Shown: positions 53,328-63,931, counted from the first letter of the whole stretch. The stretch: 63,931 nucleotides of DNA, filler included, from Barthelona sp. PAP020 (GCA_040182905.1; 6 parts of 6 records of this genome joined end to end with filler, not necessarily neighbours in it); one strand, 5' to 3'. Notes: generated from the letters alone by a model not told the origin. Made by a program: numbers and translations.

Positions 53328-53825
53328 ATGTTACCACCACAAATAGGACCAAAACGATATCCATATAATTTACCACCACAAAAACAGACAAACTTATTCT
53401 TTCAAATACTTTTGTTTGTGAATTTTGTATATTTGTTTATATATGTGCCTTTTATGCTTTTTTTGAATTTAGAAAAATATCAGTTGGCATCATCATCTAA
53501 GTTTAATGTTCTAATGGCACTATTATCAACAATTGCCTTTTTTTTTATGGAAGCTTTAAGATTATTTTTTGGGTATAAAGGAAATACAAATGACTCCATT
53601 TTTAACCTTGGTGTTTTTTTGATTTTAACTTTTTTACCCAATGTTGGATTATTGCCCTGTTGTTTTACTATAACAGGGATTAATTTGAAAATTGATTTTT
53701 TGTTGGTTTCAATAATGGGATTTTTATATTTTTTGGAATTTTTTGCTTGTATTTATTCTCTTTTCAAAATAACAAATTATTTCCGGAAAAGATTTTTATT
53801 GATGGGCCATATAAAGGAAAATTAG
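53328..53825 (+). CDS. TMEM17/TMEM216-family ciliary transition-zone protein
   Basis: Four TMs; EALRLFFGYKGN signature. Confidence 0.8.
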   Translation: MLPPQIGPKRYPYNLPPQKQTNLFFQILLFVNFVYLFIYVPFMLFLNLEKYQLASSSKFNVLMALLSTIAFFFMEALRLFFGYKGNTNDSIFNLGVFLILTFLPNVGLLPCCFTITGINLKIDFLLVSIMGFLYFLEFFACIYSLFKITNYFRKRFLLMGHIKEN

Positions 53826-54183
53826 ACCTTATTTTGCCATCATGAATGTTTTGAAGTTTAAAATTGTATTCTCTCCATGTTTCTTTTTATTTGTTGTGTA
53901 TTTTTTTTAGAATTCATGATTTCCTTCATTTTTTCTAATAGTTGACATAAAATTTTGTTGTTTTTTATAGAATTTTCAAAAGATTGAAAAAAAAATTGGT
54001 AAAAAGAATAGGACTGCTTTCTTTAACCTTGTTTTTAATTATTATAAAAATAAAAAGAATAATTAAAAGGAAAGAAAAGAATAAAAAAAACCCAATGGAA
54101 AAAGAAAACAAACCAAGTTTTGGAAAATATTTATTGTTAATTGCAAATATATTATCATTTAAATATCGATTTTGAAAAAAAAA

Positions 54184-54720
54184 ATGAATGAAAAACATGA
54201 AACGAGTGACCCTTTTGATACATTTATTGAAAACGACATTGAAAACAAAAAAAATAACGACTTAGTTGATGATTTATTGAATGAACCTGCCCAAAAAATT
54301 ATTAGAGAAGAAAATGATAAAAAAGTTGTAAAAAGTGAAAAAAATCTTGATTCATTTGAAACAGAGAGCAGTGATGATTTTGAACCAAAAAAAGAAGAAG
54401 AAGAACAATCTCCTTTTGAAAGGTTTAAAATGAAAACTGCTGAAAGATTAGATGAATTGTATAATCAAGAAGTGATTGGTCTTGATAAATTGAAGAGGGA
54501 AGGCAATCAAAAAATTCAAAAATTCAAAGAAGAATTTGATGCAAAGGCTGAAAGTTGTTTAAAACAACACAAAGCACAAGAAAAAGAAAACACAAAAGAG
54601 ACTCCAAAGGATAACAATTCACCAAATTGGGATTGCATCATGAAAATGTGCTTAAAAAATAATGATGTTGTTCCTATTGGTTCTGAAATGTTGGGTGTAT
54701 TGAGGGGTCTCGTAAATTGA
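54184..54720 (+). CDS. Clathrin light chain-like protein
   Basis: Acidic N-terminus, central charged helix, C-terminal NWDCIMKMC...SEMLGVLRGL resembling the CLC W..V..L...SRMRSVL..L end. Confidence 0.6.
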   Translation: MNEKHETSDPFDTFIENDIENKKNNDLVDDLLNEPAQKIIREENDKKVVKSEKNLDSFETESSDDFEPKKEEEEQSPFERFKMKTAERLDELYNQEVIGLDKLKREGNQKIQKFKEEFDAKAESCLKQHKAQEKENTKETPKDNNSPNWDCIMKMCLKNNDVVPIGSEMLGVLRGLVN

Positions 54721-55787
54721 AAAGATAAATGTTCATTTTTTATAAATGTGTATAAATTTTGATAGTTTTTTTTTTTTTTTGTTTATCAATTTTCATGATA
54801 AACAAAAATTTTGAGTTCAAGAAGCGAAGTAGATTAAAAGTGAGCTTTTCTTTTTCAGACCTCCCAACAACGTTTAAAGTCTCAATATTATCAAAAATAT
54901 ATAAAACAATAGACTTTATTTAGAGAGTAAGGGCAAATAGTCATAATTGAAACTTGATGCTGAATTTGGCACATCAAAAATCATTTTCTTGATGGATTTG
55001 AAATTTGATAAAACTTTGACCAATTTTTTCCATCATAAAATGGACAAACACAACATTTTCTCTTCTGTACTACATTACCGTTAAAAAAAAGGATGTCTAC
55101 CTTTGGAATTCAAAGGATTTTGCTAGATTTCCAAAGAAGCAAAACAATCTAATCTGAAATATCAAAAAATTTGATATTGGATCAACCTTCAAAGGAAATA
55201 AAAAGTAAATATAATAAAAATAATCAAGATCAACAGTTCTTTTTGAACAACACATATTAGAACACCATTGCTTCCATTTATTTGAACATTTAGTAAGATT
55301 GAACAGTTTCAAAAATTGAAATAATCAAATTAACAAAATATAGAATTTGAATGACAAATATTATTATAAATCTAATAAGAAGAACAATAAGACTTTTTTT
55401 ATTCAATTTTACTTAGTAATAAAAAGAAGATAAGTCTCTAATTGTATTAAATAAGCGAAAAAGCAGAATTTTAGTGTTTTTCACAAACCTATTGTTCCTT
55501 TTGTCAATATTTTACAAAATAACAAAATAGAAGATCCAATAAATGCTCACTTAGGTGTTATTTCTTTAATAAATAAAAGATGTAAAAACCAGACAACAAT
55601 TTTTTTCAAAGCGGGTTATAAACTCAGAAGAATCAATAATACTTTATAATTTCTTACAAGTACAATAAGAATCTCAATCAACTTACTTTTACACCAAAAA
55701 ATTAAGGCAATGGTGAACTTTGAAAAAAAAAAAATTTTGGAAAAAAATTTACAAAAAGTTTTCTTCTTTCCATTTTCACCGTTAGAA

Positions 55788-56287
55788 ATGAATCCTTCCA
55801 ATATGGTACGATAATTATTTGATTTATTACTAACTGAAAAGGTCCGTGAATTTGTTGTCGCTGGTAGAGCTTTGCCAACCGAAAACGACGCAAATCCCGT
55901 TATTTACAAAATGAGCATTTATGCTGCCAACCCAGTTGTTGCTCGTTCTCGTTTTTGGAACACTTTAAAGAAATCTCAAAAGATTAAAAAGTGCAATGCC
56001 CAAATTATTGAATGCACAGAAATTTTTGAAAAGAATACCAAGGCTTGTAAGTCTTTTGCTGTTTATATTCGTTATCGTGTTCGTCATGGATTTATTAATA
56101 TGCGTAAGGAATATCGTGCCACTTCTCGTTGTGAAGCTGTCTCTCAAATGTTCCAAGAAATGGCCGGTCTTCATCGTGCCAGACCCGAAGTTATTCAAAT
56201 CCTCAATGTCGAACGTTTGTTAAAGAAGGAAGATGTTAACAGAACTCAAGTTTCTGCCTTCATGAACCCTTCTATTAGCTTCCCTGC
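55788..56287 (+). CDS. RPL18A: 60S ribosomal protein L18a (eL20); 36-nt intron 55806-55841; 3'-truncated
   Basis: Spliced (MNPSN)M|VREFVVAGRALPT..VARSRFW..NMRKEYR..EMAGLHRAR; start is ATG 55788 or 55803. Confidence 0.95.
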
Positions 56288-56387
56288 NNNNNNNNNNNNN
56301 NNNNNNNNNNNNNNNNNNNNNNNNNNNNNNNTTAATTAATTAANNNNNNNNNNNNNNNNNNNNNNNNNNNNNNNNNNNNNNNNNNNN
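56288..56387. other. Artificial contig spacer
   Basis: N44-TTAATTAATTAA-N44. Confidence 0.98.
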
Positions 56388-56488
56388 CCAACATCAGATA
56401 ATGAAAAGTGAATTTCTTCACCATCATCCTTCTTTAAAATGAAACTTGTTGCACTTAATACTTTGTGCACTACAGCTTTAATTTTCAT
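56388..56488 (-). CDS. N-terminus of a staphylococcal-nuclease-domain (Tudor-SN-like) protein, truncated
   Basis: MKIKAVVHKVLSATSFILK..EIHFSLSDV resembles the first SNc strands; only 33 codons visible. Confidence 0.5.
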
Positions 56489-56574
56489 TATAAACAAAAG
56501 AAAAATAAGAAAGAACTTCAATTCATATTTCATTTATCAGACTAAAAATAACATTCATTTGATTACTATAGTAT

Positions 56575-56949
56575 TCACATATAATTAGAAATTGCTGCTT
56601 GTTCCACAAGCACGGTGATTAATCTTTGTATTTCATTTCCAGTTTCTCTTAACATTTTTAATCTTTTGTTTATCACAGATTCAGCTTCTTCAAGTGTATA
56701 CTCAACATAAAATCCCATTCCCACATTTATATAGATTGTGCTTGTGTCGGTTATCAATGTTTCACAGAATACATTTTGTCCAATATCATTTAAGATTTCC
56801 ACTGAATTGTCTTTAGAGTTTTTTAATTGCTCTATTATGAGATTGAGTTTGGACAATTCTTCAATATCATTATAAACATCAGTTCTATAGCTTGAATACA
56901 AATCAATTCTTTCTTCAATTAGTTGTTTTCGATGTTGAATTGAATTCAT
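56575..56949 (-). CDS. UXT: Alpha-type prefoldin, UXT-like
   Basis: DIGQNVFCETLITDTSTIYINVGMGFYVEYTLEEA beta-hairpins between coiled coils. Confidence 0.75.
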   Translation of the reverse strand: MNSIQHRKQLIEERIDLYSSYRTDVYNDIEELSKLNLIIEQLKNSKDNSVEILNDIGQNVFCETLITDTSTIYINVGMGFYVEYTLEEAESVINKRLKMLRETGNEIQRLITVLVEQAAISNYM

Positions 56950-57106
56950 TTGGAATGAATACAGTTAAAAATAAATAAAAACAATCAGGTGAAAAGAGAA
57001 AGGCCTTTTCTTTTTTATTGGTACAACAAAGTTAATTGCAAAAAAATTAACAAGTGATAACAAAAGAATAAACTTTTAAGGTAAATATTTACAATATCAT
57101 AGCATT

Positions 57107-58663
57107 TTATCTTTTGGTCAAAATGCCGGCCAATTGGTAAATAAAATAACAAAGATAAACCAATAACATGGTGAAACCAACCTTTGGTGTTAATGTCCAT
57201 TTGCCAATATATATGGCCAAAAAGATAAACAAAATACAGCCAACTAAAAAGAAAACACTTATGGTTAAATCACTGGCTTGAACAGCAACAGATTCACCTC
57301 TAATAATGGTACTAAGTAACCAAGGTAACCCCAAACCAATTAAAATATTGAATACATTCGATCCTATAGCATTTGAAACAGCCATACCACCTTCTCCAGA
57401 TTGAGCAACGAAAACTGAACCAAGAGTATCTGGCACGGAAGTACCAAGTGCAACAACAGTCATACCCATGACAGCAATTGGAATATCAAGAGCTTCACCA
57501 ATAGAATTTGCTAATGAGACTAAAATATAGGAGAAAAGACCAATATGAACAATACTCATGATAAAAGTTAACCAATAATATTTTTTCAGATGCTTTAAAC
57601 GACAATCAGGAACAGTAAATTTGAATAAAGCACATATGGGAAAAGTAAAACCCCACCATATTTTTCCTCCGATTCCTTCAGGAATATCAAACAAATTCAC
57701 CTCTTCTGCTTCATCTTCTTCCTTATCATCAAGAATTTCTTCTTCTTTCAAAGCTTCATTCAAACTTTTGGAACCAGAAATAATCGCTGCAACGGAAAGG
57801 GCGTGTCTAAGCTTATCTTTGGGATCAACTGCCATATTCATTTGTGTTTTTGCGATTGCAATACCAACATTCCTTTTTACTGCTTTCTCCACAGTGTCTT
57901 CTTCAGCAACTTGTTCTTCTAACAATTTTGCGTTTAATTCATCAGCAGGATCATAATCCAAATGTGCAGGAGGCTTAAATTTGTCCAAAATTTGGTCATT
58001 GAAAACCATAAAGATAACATATCCAGCATACATGGAAACTAACAAAATACCTTCTAGTTTTGTAATTTGTTCATCAATTAAAACAACAAACAGAACGATA
58101 ACAGCAATTAAATAAAAACATACATCTCTAACCAATGGTCTGTGATCAAGTTTTAAGGGTTTACCAGCTAAAACAGAAGTGACTCCAATGATAACTAACA
58201 AGTTCAAAATAGCACTTCCAACTATGGTACCAATACCCAAATCACCATCTGAAGCCGCATCTCCATCACCACCATCTTGAACTAAAATAGATAACAATGA
58301 TGTGAATAACTCGGGAGCACTTGAACCAGCTGCCATAAAAGTAGCTCCAGCAACGGAACTGGATAATTTCAAAATTTCGCATAATGTTTCTAAAGAACAA
58401 ACAAAATATCCATCACATATTAAAGCAAGTCCTACAAAACAATAAATGATACCAACTATTTGCAAAACAACTGCAAAATAATTCACATCGCTTTTTCCTG
58501 CAATCGAAAGAAGAATATCTGAATTTTGAACAATTTCGTTATGTGATAATAAAGGTAAATTTGTGTTGATCACACCCGAACGACATAAGTAAATCAAAGT
58601 GAATAAACAAGCAACCCAAATTGGAGCTCCAATTCGATGGACAGTTCCTGATTTAAACTTCAT
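57107..58663 (-). CDS. NCKX/SLC24-like Na+/Ca2+ exchanger
   Basis: Alpha-1 repeat GATFMAAGSSAPELFTS and GTIVGSA; alpha-2 repeat GTSVPD and GSNVFNI; FTVPDC. Confidence 0.9.
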   Translation of the reverse strand: MKFKSGTVHRIGAPIWVACLFTLIYLCRSGVINTNLPLLSHNEIVQNSDILLSIAGKSDVNYFAVVLQIVGIIYCFVGLALICDGYFVCSLETLCEILKLSSSVAGATFMAAGSSAPELFTSLLSILVQDGGDGDAASDGDLGIGTIVGSAILNLLVIIGVTSVLAGKPLKLDHRPLVRDVCFYLIAVIVLFVVLIDEQITKLEGILLVSMYAGYVIFMVFNDQILDKFKPPAHLDYDPADELNAKLLEEQVAEEDTVEKAVKRNVGIAIAKTQMNMAVDPKDKLRHALSVAAIISGSKSLNEALKEEEILDDKEEDEAEEVNLFDIPEGIGGKIWWGFTFPICALFKFTVPDCRLKHLKKYYWLTFIMSIVHIGLFSYILVSLANSIGEALDIPIAVMGMTVVALGTSVPDTLGSVFVAQSGEGGMAVSNAIGSNVFNILIGLGLPWLLSTIIRGESVAVQASDLTISVFFLVGCILFIFLAIYIGKWTLTPKVGFTMLLVYLCYFIYQLAGILTKR

Positions 58664-58875
58664 ATTGATGTTTGCACTTTACAGTCCAATAAAAATGAGC
58701 TTTAGAAAGCTAATGAAAAATGATTCTTTTTTTTCCTTTCTTTTTGTCCGGAAGAAATTTTAGTGTTTTAAAAGAAATAAATTCATATTTAGCAATAGAT
58801 GACACATTTTGAATGATAGATTTAAAAAAAAAACATACATTTTATAAACAGCGTAAACAGTACCAATATTGTGGA

Positions 58876-60282
58876 TTAAGGAACTAAATCAGGCCTAAGT
58901 CTGGTTACACGATGATTAATGTTTAACAAATTCAAAAACATATAATCCTCACTTGATAATTTGTTGACAATAAATTCAGCTGTTAAATTTTCTGTCATAT
59001 GGTCAATGGAAATTGAAGAAGTAATGATTGGATATTTTGCTTTTAACAAAGGAGCTAAAACGATTTGCGATGGTTTGACATCGATTCTGTTTGCTATGTC
59101 AATTACGATGGCATCTTCTAATCCTTTTCCTCTTGCCATAGCTGCAAATAATTGAAGGATGATTCCATTTTTCTCACAAGTGTGCTTCAATTCGAAGTCT
59201 GGCATAAAGTACAAATGACCTTCCACTTGATTGACACAAATTGGCACAGTTGCAATTTTAACGATATCATTAAGGTGTTTAGGTTCAAAATTACTGACAC
59301 CTAAAGCTTTTACACGCCCTTCAGCGTATAAAACCTCCATACCTTTCCAACAATCAATTCTAGCCTCTTCAGGTGTTAAGTCAAGCTTTTCATCATCTAT
59401 ATACTCTTTTAATTCTGTGTACCTATTGTCAGGATGGTGAATCAACAATAAATCAACATAATCAAGTCCAAGCTTTTGCAGGGATTCATGGAACGATTCA
59501 ATGCATTTGGTCTTTGTCATATTACATCTGTCAATTTTGTAAGAGAGAAATATTTCCAATCTGGGGATACCAGAATCACGAATGGCTTGTCCAACAACAA
59601 CCTCATTTCCATACATTTGAGCAGCATCAATGTGTCGATATCCTAATTGTAAAGCACAACGTACAGCTCTATAGGCTATTTCATCCTTCAATTTGTATGT
59701 TCCAAAAGCTAATAGGGGCATCAAAAGACCGTTTGCTAAAGTAACAGTAGTTTTTTGTAAATTTCTTGGCTCCAAAGATTCGATGACAGATTCATCCAAA
59801 TATTGAATCGTCTCCTCTTCAACATCATCAATATCTTCTTCCCAAGTATTTTCTAAAGTTTCTGTGAGTGCTCTAGATGAACCAGCAATAGATGAGTCTG
59901 CAATCACTGGATAAGTTGACCAAGCTCTATCGTCTTCAACAATCTCACTATGATTTAATTGAAGAAAAGCATTAGAATTTAAATTAGATGCTTGAGTTCG
60001 AGAACTGTTTGAATCTTCATTGGTTTGAATAGGTTCTTTAACGGTTTCATTTGTATTTATTGTTTCATCTTCATTATCTTTTATTACACATTCTTCTTTA
60101 TTATCTAATTCAAGGTTTGATTTTTCAGTAACATTTCTTTGTTCATTTGGGGAGATATTTGAATCTGAAGCCTCATTTTGTGGTTCAACAATTTCAACAT
60201 TTTCCATAGTAGTTTCAATGTTTTCTGTGTTATCTAACTCTTTCATTTCTTCTTCTGCTTTTGTTTGATGATTATCAGACAT
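58876..60282 (-). CDS. Aldo-keto reductase with long acidic N-terminal extension
   Basis: GYRHIDAAQMYGNE, SYK, DYVDLLLIHHP, GVSNF, NQVE; D-Y-K-H tetrad present. Confidence 0.9.
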   Translation of the reverse strand: MSDNHQTKAEEEMKELDNTENIETTMENVEIVEPQNEASDSNISPNEQRNVTEKSNLELDNKEECVIKDNEDETINTNETVKEPIQTNEDSNSSRTQASNLNSNAFLQLNHSEIVEDDRAWSTYPVIADSSIAGSSRALTETLENTWEEDIDDVEEETIQYLDESVIESLEPRNLQKTTVTLANGLLMPLLAFGTYKLKDEIAYRAVRCALQLGYRHIDAAQMYGNEVVVGQAIRDSGIPRLEIFLSYKIDRCNMTKTKCIESFHESLQKLGLDYVDLLLIHHPDNRYTELKEYIDDEKLDLTPEEARIDCWKGMEVLYAEGRVKALGVSNFEPKHLNDIVKIATVPICVNQVEGHLYFMPDFELKHTCEKNGIILQLFAAMARGKGLEDAIVIDIANRIDVKPSQIVLAPLLKAKYPIITSSISIDHMTENLTAEFIVNKLSSEDYMFLNLLNINHRVTRLRPDLVP

Positions 60283-60556
60283 TAATTTCCAAATAAAAAT
60301 TGTTATTGATTTTGAAAAATTGATTTTGCTTTTTAAATTACTTTAAAACTTTGGGTAATTACTCCAAAATTCCTTTAAAACTTATAAACAAACCTGAAAA
60401 TACAAAACTTCACGCACTGATATTTGGTTATCATTTTTTCTAAAGTATTTATAGTTTTGTAATTTGTTTCTTTTTGTTGAAATAGAGACATATCAACGAT
60501 ATATAATGTAAAAGTTAAATTGAAAAACCAAAACAATGTAGATATTTATATTTTAA

Positions 60557-62857
60557 CTAATGCGAAAAAAACACTTCTAATTGCATTAAAGCTGCAGTAA
60601 CTTCTGGTCTTAAACCGATATCAATTCTACTACTGAATTGGATTGTTTTTCTACCCATAATTCTCAATGATTCAATAAAATCTGTTTTATAACGAAGGTC
60701 TTTGTTAATTGCATAAAGTTCAAGCAAAATAGAAACCATTCCCAATAGAACATCACCAATTCTTTGTTGTAATAAAGCAGCTGATTTTGATAACTTGTTG
60801 ACATATAATTCAACGGGGTCATTAACTTTCAACGGTAAGATGTCCAAATCAATGATAATGTTTAAAGCATGATCGAAATCTCTTTTATTAATTAACTTAA
60901 AATAATCCATTAACTTCAACATTATGTGCAGTAATTGACTTTCTTGATGATATTTAGCATGACTGGGACTTCTGCGAATGTGATTCAATATTGTTTCACC
61001 CATGGATTTTATTTCTTCTTTATTTTCAGAAGTGCTCAGCATCAATAATGAAATGTGCTTGATAAGAATGTCAATTGAGTGCTCTGTATGATCAGCAATA
61101 TCATACAAAGAAATAGCTTGCACTAAATGTCCAGCAGTTTCACACCATTTTGCCACTGATTCACAAAGGGTCTTGAATTGTTTAAAAGGCATAAGAGATC
61201 GTAAAAATGGTTGTTGTTGAATTGAATTTTCTCCTCCTAACAACACAGATTTACCTAAAAATAGACCAAACTCTTTGCAATTAATTATCAAACTTGTAAT
61301 ACAAGGAGTAACTAAGCTCTCTGCTTCCAATAATAACAAATAGATAGCTGCTCTTTTTGGATCTGTCATAGCAAATGTAGAACAATAATTTTGAACCAAT
61401 TTCGCTAGATTCAATACAGTTTTAGAATCATTAATAATTGGAGCATCAAGAGAAGTAGATATTTTCAAAGCATTTCTGTAATTTAAGAATATACCAAAAT
61501 GAACAGCATCTTCAATACTGTGCTCTTTTAAAAAAGCAATTGCCGGTGCAAATCCTTGTACCAGCAATAATAGTGCGAAATATAACAAGTAATTGGTTCC
61601 AAAATGTTCAGGACCAGCATTCAACAATGTCTCTCTTAACATTTCAAGATTGTCCCCAGTACAAAGTCTATACCATACCCAATCTTCAATACGATCAAGG
61701 GTTTCAATGTTAACTTCATCCAAATTAGCTCCAGACACAATTCCGTAGCATACAAGCTCATAAACATCAATGTTAGCTTGAGAATTGGCAGCACTAGCCA
61801 AAGATTGATTAGCAACAAGAGCGTTAAAGTAACGTTGTGCCTCAATACGCAGTGAATTAGTTACGTTACGACTATGAACCCATTCAGTTAAAGCTTTGGA
61901 AAATAACACAATATTCTCATTTCTATTGCGGTTGGCAAACTTTAAGGCTGTATCGTATTCTCCAATACGTAATAAGAAGAAAAGTTGAGGCCAAAAAGGA
62001 TGACCATCTTGAATCTCATGATATCCCATTGGCCATTCGTTCGTGGAATTCATTAGAATACATCTAACGTAGGCTTGAACAAACACTATGGGTTCAAAAT
62101 TAGATCCTCGTTTTGTATATTCCCGATGGCGACGAACCATATCCATCATAATGGTTTTGTATTGATTTTCAAGGTGTTTAATAGCACCATTTGTTCTTTC
62201 AGCTATTGTTGTATTTGTGTGAGGTAACATGTATTGCAATAAATCCCATGCTGTTGCAGTTTGTCCAGTTAAATCAGGTGTCCATCGTTCAAGTACTGAT
62301 TTAACTCTAGCCTCATGTGTTGAACCACCAATTGGGGAGAATGTATCAATAACAGTTCTTTTGAATGGTTCATTTTCAGGAGAACGACGAATTCTAGTGT
62401 CACTACTGATGATTCCGGTGTGACTGGAAATTCCTTCCATAATTTCAACTTTTAATGAGTTCCAATGTGAATCAATGAATGATGCTTGACTGGCTTGAAA
62501 TGAATCCAGGGCGGTTTTTTGAGCCAATTCAACTAAATTCATAAATGTTTCTTGTTGACCCTTTTCGAGTTTTGTTTGAAGGCTACCAGCAGATTTTAAA
62601 CCAACTTCTTTTGTAACTGGAGCAAATGAAATCTTCACTTCATCTAAAAGTTCAGAAGTTGTTCCAACATCAACATCAAGTTGATATAATAATCTATAAC
62701 CTCGATTTGTTGATATTCCATTAATTCCTTCAGTTGTTTCGTATAACAAGTCTTTGGAATTGTTGGCTAATTGAGAGAGATTCAATAAATTTTCACAAAT
62801 TGAGTCTGCTTGTAAATCTTCAGAACTTTGTCGAGACCTTTGAATCAGATCATCCAT
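60557..62857 (-). CDS. NUP93: Nucleoporin Nup93/Nic96
   Basis: GAIKHLENQY, DGHPFWPQLFFLLRIG, DVYEL..Y, IEDWVWYRL, DAVHFGI. Confidence 0.88.
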   Translation of the reverse strand: MDDLIQRSRQSSEDLQADSICENLLNLSQLANNSKDLLYETTEGINGISTNRGYRLLYQLDVDVGTTSELLDEVKISFAPVTKEVGLKSAGSLQTKLEKGQQETFMNLVELAQKTALDSFQASQASFIDSHWNSLKVEIMEGISSHTGIISSDTRIRRSPENEPFKRTVIDTFSPIGGSTHEARVKSVLERWTPDLTGQTATAWDLLQYMLPHTNTTIAERTNGAIKHLENQYKTIMMDMVRRHREYTKRGSNFEPIVFVQAYVRCILMNSTNEWPMGYHEIQDGHPFWPQLFFLLRIGEYDTALKFANRNRNENIVLFSKALTEWVHSRNVTNSLRIEAQRYFNALVANQSLASAANSQANIDVYELVCYGIVSGANLDEVNIETLDRIEDWVWYRLCTGDNLEMLRETLLNAGPEHFGTNYLLYFALLLLVQGFAPAIAFLKEHSIEDAVHFGIFLNYRNALKISTSLDAPIINDSKTVLNLAKLVQNYCSTFAMTDPKRAAIYLLLLEAESLVTPCITSLIINCKEFGLFLGKSVLLGGENSIQQQPFLRSLMPFKQFKTLCESVAKWCETAGHLVQAISLYDIADHTEHSIDILIKHISLLMLSTSENKEEIKSMGETILNHIRRSPSHAKYHQESQLLHIMLKLMDYFKLINKRDFDHALNIIIDLDILPLKVNDPVELYVNKLSKSAALLQQRIGDVLLGMVSILLELYAINKDLRYKTDFIESLRIMGRKTIQFSSRIDIGLRPEVTAALMQLEVFFSH

Positions 62858-62915
62858 TTAAAAATGAATAAAGAATTTTTGGTGTTTGTTTTTTTTTTTT
62901 CTTCAATTTTTGAAC

Positions 62916-63227
62916 ATGAATGTCGAGTTTTCAAAGCATAGAACAATGGAAGGATGTGTTCCTTTTTCTTATAAGGATTCCAACAATCAAGATCAAGGAT
63001 TATTAGAAATTGTGGCTTTGGTTTGTATGTTGGCTTCAATGCTCCTTAGAATTAGAGCATTTGCCTGGATTGGTTTGCTTGTAAATCTTAGTTTACGTTT
63101 AAATAGATCAAAACATTCTCAATCAAATCCAACACAAGCTTCTCAAATGATGATGTCTTTTATGGCTTTGATAATGTCATATGTAATGCCTCAGACAGGG
63201 TCTTTATTTTCTTTTAAAAAGAAATAG
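62916..63227 (+). CDS. WDR83OS: Asterix/PAT10 (PAT complex)
   Basis: SMLLRIRAFAW..N..QMMMSFMALIMSYVMP; likely ATG 62916. Confidence 0.8.
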   Translation: MNVEFSKHRTMEGCVPFSYKDSNNQDQGLLEIVALVCMLASMLLRIRAFAWIGLLVNLSLRLNRSKHSQSNPTQASQMMMSFMALIMSYVMPQTGSLFSFKKK

Positions 63228-63612
63228 TGTTATTTCTATAAAATAATCTGTTGTTTACCTATTTATTATTGTTATTATTGATAAATTGATTAGTATATTC
63301 CCAAACCTTATTTATTTTTCTGTTGATTGTTTGTTTGTTTAACTAAAAAGTTGAAAAAAGAAGAATGAGTCAAAAGAAGTCTCTTAGATAAAGATTCCAT
63401 TAAAAATTGACGAAACTGGAAGGAAAAAGATATGCAGGATTTTTTAGTCGATGAAAATTGTTCATATTGGTCAAATGTGAGAATTCACTCCAACATCACT
63501 TGAAATAAACAAATAAACAAAAAATACAAAAATATTTATACAAATGAGACAACAAACAATTAACCACACTTAATTATCCCAATAACCAAAAAGAAAATCA
63601 CAAAAAAACTAA

Positions 63613-63931
63613 TCAAATGAACTCTAATTTAAAGAACGGATGAGCCAAAGCTTCTTTAGGCTTTAATCGATACTTTGGGTCGATTACAAGCAAATTTTTG
63701 ATAAAATCTAAAAACAATGAAGGACAGTTTGAAAGAATTGATTCCAATTCAGTAGCATAGGGATACATTATCGTCAACCCACCATCATTCAAATAATAGG
63801 GAAGACCATTTTTGGTGATGAATTGATGGGCTGTGGGTGATTTCTCCAACATATCCGCTGGAATCTTTCCACAAACACTTATCAATTTTGCTAACTGTTC
63901 AGGAATCTCACTGACAGGAAATAAAATTGTG
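63613..63931 (-). CDS. C-terminus of a CMGC (DYRK-like) protein kinase, cut by window edge
   Basis: QLAKLISVCGKIPADML...FLDFIKNLLVIDPKYRLKPKEALAHPFF. Confidence 0.75.
   Translation of the reverse strand, partial: TILFPVSEIPEQLAKLISVCGKIPADMLEKSPTAHQFITKNGLPYYLNDGGLTIMYPYATELESILSNCPSLFLDFIKNLLVIDPKYRLKPKEALAHPFFKLEFI

Noticed and set aside
11246..56387. Five regularly spaced N-flanked TTAATTAATTAA palindromes about 11.2 kb apart
   Set aside because: Artificial six-frame-stop linkers joining size-sorted contigs (11190, 11184, 11137, 11131 bp). Not a biological repeat, and no synteny can be inferred across them.
1..63931. Alternative genetic code (TAA/TAG = Gln as in hexamitids and ciliates)
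   Set aside because: Conserved genes end at the expected positions with TAA, TAG or TGA. The in-frame stops near the PIG-W and RPL18A starts are explained by introns.

Overview
AT-rich, gene-dense, almost intron-free eukaryotic (protist) nuclear DNA. It is not one locus: six unrelated contig pieces are joined by 100-nt N44-TTAATTAATTAA-N44 spacers (11246-11345, 22536-22635, 33820-33919, 45057-45156, 56288-56387). The complete pieces are about 11 kb and fall in descending size order, so gene neighbourhoods are only meaningful within a piece. All three stop codons terminate genes, so the code is standard. Recognisable genes include two pecanex paralogues, an RNF213-like AAA fragment, CAP/Srv2, Ykt6, a kinesin with tandem PH domains, SAC1, an IKS1-like kinase, delta-COP, PIG-W, glucosamine-6-P deaminase, ZSWIM2, FAM166, DPH5, TMEM17/216, clathrin light chain, eL20, UXT, an NCKX-like exchanger, an aldo-keto reductase, Nup93 and Asterix. 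Ciliary genes indicate a flagellate. Three tiny (36-41 nt) 5'-biased introns with the branch point abutting the 3' splice site suggest a metamonad-like lineage (inference only). The highlight is a divergent HAP2/GCS1 gamete-fusogen gene lying head-to-head (258 bp) with a TALE homeobox gene that is flanked by a shared repeated motif, a candidate sex or mating-type locus. There is also an unannotated compact H/ACA-like RNA and other structured non-coding elements. All family assignments are by-eye motif recognition, not database searches.
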